Assembly (NCBI GenBank): GCA_963834385.1
Contig: CAWIBO010000002.1
Span: 960,001 to 1,024,000, forward strand
Reading direction: 5' to 3'
Origin: an uncultured Verrucomicrobiae bacterium
GTDB lineage: Bacteria; Verrucomicrobiota; Verrucomicrobiia; Chthoniobacterales; UBA10450
Length of the DNA: 64,000 bases
In this document: positions 59,701-64,000 of the stretch, one piece after another
Numbering within the stretch: the stretch's first letter is position 1
Layout of the letters: each line of letters opens with the position of its first letter
Made by a program: the position numbers and the translations under genes
Notes under the pieces: generated by a model
Database searches by the model: none
What the model was told of the DNA's origin: nothing
Seen by the model: only the letters and a program-made list of their open reading frames with translations

Positions 59701-62221
59701 CAGGGTAAAGGACTGGCCAGCGTTGAATGTCAGTTTCTCGCCCGCGATGGCGTTGTTTGCATTCAGGACAGTGCCCGAAGCGACCAGGTTCTTGGTGGTC
59801 ACCGGTCCGTTAAAATTGATGGCGCCGTTTAACAAGAATCGGATTGGTTCCCGCAGAGAGGGTCATGGTGGACCCATTGTTGATCGCCCCCAGGTTCATC
59901 CCGCCGCCGGTGGTGATGGAGAGGTCGTCCGTATTCAGCGCCGCGGCGCCGGTCATGTTGAAATCGTTGGTCATGGTGAACCCCACCGTTTTTCCGGTGA
60001 CGGTATTGCTGATATTGGCCGTGCGACCCGAGGCGGCCAGGACATAGGAGGCGGTGAGTTTGCCGCTGACGTTGATGTCGGTCCCGGCAGTGAGGATGAA
60101 CTTTTTGCTCGTGCTGGTGGCGTCCTCGAGTTCCGAGGTGGCCCCCGCCAGGTTCATGGCCCCGCCCGTGACAATGGTCAGGTCGTCCGAGGCGTTGATC
60201 GTGCCGGCGCTGCTGAGATTCAGGTCCCCGCCGATCTGCAGGTTAAGGTCCTTGCCCGAGAGAGAACCGTTGATGGTGGCTGAATTGCCGTAGCCGAAGA
60301 GATCCTCGGCGTTGATGCTTCCGTTGACCACGAGCTGGCCGCCGGCGTAGACCTGCGCAAAACGGCTCGAGATCGCGCCGTTGATCACGGTATCGCCCAG
60401 GGCGGTCAGCGAGGCGGAGCTCGCCAGAATGCTGGCGGTCGCATCCACCGTGACGTTTTTCTCCGCGGCGAGGAGCAGGCTGGCGTCCTTCAGGTTCATG
60501 GAAGAGCCAAAGTTGACGTTGCCGTTCCGGGCATAGAGCTCAATGAGCTTGAAGGCACTTCCGTCCGCCTTGGTGAAGGTGAAGCGGTCGCTCAGGCTGA
60601 TCGACCCGTTCGCGGTCCCGAGGAAGAGGCCCTCAAGCCCGTTAAGATTCACCGTCCCGCCCAGGTTCGAGGAGGTGATGTCCGTCTGGCTGATGAGGGA
60701 GATGCGGTTGGCGCCGGCGCGGGTGAGGAAGCTGGGGTTGCCCTCCAGCTCCAGGGCGGAGAACGAGTAAACGCCGCTGCTGGAGAAGTCGCGGTTGTAC
60801 TGGTTGTCGAAATCCATCCGGTTATCAAAACTGGAGGTGCTTCCGAAAAGGAACTTGGAGGCGGAACCGGTCGCCGCGGTGCTGCGGAAGAACATTCCGG
60901 AGTCGGTCACCCCATCCGTGGTGATGGAGGGGGAGGCTTTCGAGGTGTCGATCAGCGTTCCCGACTTGATGATGTAAGGGCCGCTTGAGGCGATCCGGGG
61001 AGGCGTCGAAGAGGGCACCGCATTCACGTTGGGGGTTGGAGCGGGGTTGGGCGTTGCGCTCGCGCCGGCGAACGGTGTGGGAGTCGGTCCCGGCACGGTG
61101 GGAGTCGGCGTGGCGGTTGGCGTGGCGGTTGGCGTCGCGGTTGGCGTCGCGGTTGGTGTCGCGGTTGGTGTCGCGGTTGGTGTCGCGGTTGGTGTCGCGG
61201 TTGGTGTCGCGGTTGGTGTCGCGGTTGGTGTCGCGGTTGGTGTCGCGGTCGGTGTCGCGGTCGGTGTCGCGGTCGGTGTCGCGGTCGGTGTCGCAGTCGG
61301 TGTCGCGGTCGGTGTCGCGGTCGGTGTCGCAGTCGGCGTCGCGGTCGGTGTCGCGGTCGGTGTCGCGGTCGGCGTTGCTGTCGGCGTCGCACCACCACCG
61401 CCCCCGCCCCCGGCCGGTGAGTCGTCCGGGAACAACTGTTCAACGTCGTGGCGCTTCTTGATCGTTTCCATCAGGTCGTCCTCTGCCATCACGACCTGTG
61501 TCCCGCGTCCAAGGATGACAAGATTGGTATCGACGAGAGAATCGGAAGTCTTGTCGTCGGACTGCCGGGCGATCTCCTCGTTGATCAACGGCATGCTGGG
61601 CAGGGGCGGCACCGCTCCGTCGGGCCCGGGCATGTTCACCAGCGTCGAAGTGGTGACCACCGTCTTCAAATCAACCGTCACGGGATCCGGGATGCGTTTG
61701 GCGTTGGGCGGCATGATGACCATCTTGCCCGGGGTAAGAAGGAGGGAGTCGCCGAAACGACCGTTCATGGAAAGGCGGAGACTGCCTTCCAGCACCAGCA
61801 CCTTGATTGATCGGGCCGGACGATACTCGAGCAGGATCGTCGTCCCCGTGATCGAAGCGGTCACGGCCGCGGTCCGGATTTTCGCGCCGCCCAGGCCTTT
61901 CGGGACCTGCAGCAGCATGGTGCCCTCTTTCAGGGCCATCTCGCGAGTGCCGGGCTTGAAACTGAAGAACGTCTCAGGCCCGATGCGGGTCAGGGTGTTG
62001 TCCTGAAAGCGGATCTCGGAGCGCGATTTCACGCCGGTTTTCAGGCCGATATCATCCTTGATGACGTCATCCACCCGGGCGGGCTGGATGCCGGCCGGTT
62101 GCACAAGGTTCACTTGGTTGATCACCTTGGTGACCCGCGCCTCGGTAAGGGGGGCGGCGTGGGCGGTGAGAGCGCCGACGGTGAGAAAAAGAGCGGGGAG
62201 GAAATAGCGGACACAGTTCAT
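56726..62221 (-). CDS. Giant (~1830 aa) secreted protein: FecR-like domain, ATPT linker and long Gly/Asn/Thr beta-helix-like repeat region; frameshifts near 59835, 58155, 57335 and 57188
   Basis: Signal peptide; TG..SR.E..F.D.TLTRIG, IRT....ASITGT, VLEG FecR-like motifs; ORFs 59810..62278, 58120..59835 and 56726..58051 join by small indels with continuous composition and no intergenic space. Confidence 0.78.
61103..61390. repeat. 12-bp tandem repeat (~24 copies) encoding (ATPT)n
   Basis: Repeated GCGGT(T/C)GGTGTC units in frame within the FecR-domain protein. Confidence 0.95.
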
Positions 62222-62292
62222 AAGGGGAATCTCCGCCCGGTGGGGGAGCAGAAGGCGTGCCGCTGCCATAATTTCCATAACGTTAAATGCCT

Positions 62293-63234
62293 TCAGAATC
62301 GGAAGTTAAACCCCATCCCCAGCCCCGTGGTCATGACGTCGTAGTCGAAGGCGAGCCGGTTCGAATCATTCGTCCCGTAGGAGAAAAAGAGGCCCGCCTG
62401 AAGGTTGCGGGAGATCAGATAGCGCAGGGAAACCGTGGCGAGATGGTTCTGATCCTGGCGGCCGCCGGAGTTGTAGAAGAGCCAGGAGTAACGGTAGAGA
62501 AGGTCGGCCTCGAGCGAGCGGGTCAGGCGGAGGTGGTAGTTAAGAGAGGCGGAAAGCTGATCGCGCTGGGCCGCGGAAGGATGGGCGAACCCGGCCATCC
62601 CGACGAGGCCCAGGGAAAAGGCATGGGATCGGCCGAGGGAGAAGACCTTCTGGGCGGCAAGGGAAAGCTCGTGGTCGCGCAGCATCTCGTTGCTGTGTGA
62701 GTCGAGAAGTTCAACGAAATCGTAACGGGCCAGGAAGGAGACGCCGCGAAGAGCCGCGGGGGTCCAGTTCAGACCGGCACCCGCGCTCAGGTTCTCGAAA
62801 TCGAGCTCCGTGGTTTCGTGATAGCGGAAGAAGGCGCCGCTGATGTTGGCGGTGACATTCCACTGGGGTCCAAGGGTCCGAAACCAGTTGGCGCTCAGGT
62901 TGGTTACCCAGAGGAAATCATCCGTCTCATCGGCGGCGGCCAGGGCGACGTTGCTGGTATGGATGAGGGTGGACTCACCCACGATGGCAAACGTCGGCAG
63001 GCGTGGCTCCTCCTTGAGAATCTGCTGGGCGCCAAAGCTTCCGTCCGCCTCGCCCGCCTCGGTCTCAACCGGGATGACCATGCCATCGGCGTTCACGGCC
63101 GGAGACGGCGAGGGCCCGGTTTGCCCTTGCACTAAACGCGCACGGTCGAGGGCGGAAACCGCTTCCTGGGCGCGGGCCGGGAAGGCCAGCGCGACAAGGA
63201 GAAGCAGAATGAGACTATGCCGGGGGGCGGCCAC
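62293..63234 (-). CDS. Outer membrane beta-barrel protein
   Basis: Signal peptide ...[12 protein letters not shown] motif, alternating beta strands, N.SN...FDY, C-terminal FNFRF. Confidence 0.8.
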   Translation of the reverse strand: MAAPRHSLILLLLVALAFPARAQEAVSALDRARLVQGQTGPSPSPAVNADGMVIPVETEAGEADGSFGAQQILKEEPRLPTFAIVGESTLIHTSNVALAAADETDDFLWVTNLSANWFRTLGPQWNVTANISGAFFRYHETTELDFENLSAGAGLNWTPAALRGVSFLARYDFVELLDSHSNEMLRDHELSLAAQKVFSLGRSHAFSLGLVGMAGFAHPSAAQRDQLSASLNYHLRLTRSLEADLLYRYSWLFYNSGGRQDQNHLATVSLRYLISRNLQAGLFFSYGTNDSNRLAFDYDVMTTGLGMGFNFRF

Positions 63235-63351
63235 CTGCTGGTCATCAGCAGCGGGTATGCCAGAGCAGGCGTTTATCCTTCTCCGCAAGGTTTTTACGTC
63301 TCTCGTCCATCCGCGTCCGGACCCGGCACGTTTCCGGCTTGGCTTCACCCG

Positions 63352-64000
63352 ATGCCCTTCAAGCGGACAATCATGATCTGCGCCATCGCCGTCGGCGTTC
63401 TGGCGGTGACGATCGGCGTGGAGGTGCGCGAACCGAAGGCCTACACCCAGCTCCGCCATCTCTACCGGGATGCCGTGGTCCGGGCCGGTCGGACCACGCC
63501 GCCCAACCCTGACCTCGTTTTTCTGGCGATTGATTCCGATTCGGTGGGCCTGGAGCAGGAGACCGACCTGCAGGAATTCTACGAGATCGACGATCCGACC
63601 TGCCTGAGGGCGCTCTCCCTCATGACCCAGCGTTACCCGTGGCCGCGCGAAGTCTACGCTTTGATCCTCGACCGCCTCATGGCGGCCGGAGCCCGGGTGG
63701 TTGTTTTCGATCTCACCTTTCCTTCCGCCACGGCGGACGACCCTCTTTTCCGTGCGGCGCTGGAGCGCTACCGCGACCGCGTGGTCGTGGGCAGCAACTT
63801 TGTCGACCCGAGCTGGAGCGGCGGATTTCAGCGCATCGGCGCAAGCCACACCCGGCCGACCGACACGTTGATTCCGCAGGATAAGCAGGACGATCGCGTG
63901 GCTTTCACCAACTTCTGGCCCGACGCCGACGATGTGGTCCGAAACGCGCAGTATCGGGTGACCTTCGAACAGGTGCAGGGGCGATCTCCCACGTCGGATT
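63352..64000 (+). CDS. CHASE2 domain sensor protein (partial; output domain beyond window, often an adenylate cyclase)
   Basis: Open from ATG 63352 to the window end: TM, LVFLAIDSDS, YPWPREVYA..LDRL..AGARVVVFDLTF, DD..F..AL, D.D.VVR. Absent from the ORF track because there is no stop. Confidence 0.88.
   Translation, partial: MPFKRTIMICAIAVGVLAVTIGVEVREPKAYTQLRHLYRDAVVRAGRTTPPNPDLVFLAIDSDSVGLEQETDLQEFYEIDDPTCLRALSLMTQRYPWPREVYALILDRLMAAGARVVVFDLTFPSATADDPLFRAALERYRDRVVVGSNFVDPSWSGGFQRIGASHTRPTDTLIPQDKQDDRVAFTNFWPDADDVVRNAQYRVTFEQVQGRSPTSD

Noticed and set aside
61103..61390. Possible CRISPR array
   Set aside because: Contiguous 12-bp units without spacers, in frame as ATPT; no cas genes.

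Overview
This is a GC-rich (~65% by eye) bacterial chromosomal window. The paired 'NIS(T)R' C-terminal domains, repeat types and gene content suggest Verrucomicrobiota (Spartobacteria/Chthoniobacterales-like); that taxonomy is inference. Main contents: (1) a split, divergently transcribed complex I-like cluster (nuoH-J-K-L-M-M-N on minus, nuoA-B-C-D on plus, nuoI displaced ~4 kb) with two NuoM subunits, a 26-aa duplication in the NuoL lateral helix, no nuoEFG in the window, and Cys-rich DUF1326/DUF2182-like genes after nuoN; (2) tRNA-Leu and an arsR-arsI unit; (3) assorted secreted, membrane and regulatory genes (MscS, NRAMP, BNR protein, PQQ sugar dehydrogenase, ECF sigma/anti-sigma, msrB, kynA, ArnT-like, class D beta-lactamase, corA, SLC13); (4) a TonB receptor-YfiR-hybrid kinase trio; (5) a complete reductive pyrimidine catabolism operon with a plant PYD1-like PreA and no PreT, interrupted by an IR-flanked four-helix-bundle gene; (6) a Ser/Thr pseudokinase and tRNA-Gln; (7) a locus with an OM beta-barrel, a giant FecR-domain repeat protein, a receiver protein, a cNMP kinase and a divergent CHASE2 gene. 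Several palindromic REP/MITE-like elements sit between operon genes. About 15 frameshifts, mostly +1 insertions in otherwise intact genes, indicate unpolished long-read sequence rather than pseudogenes. All family assignments are from motif recognition, not database searches.
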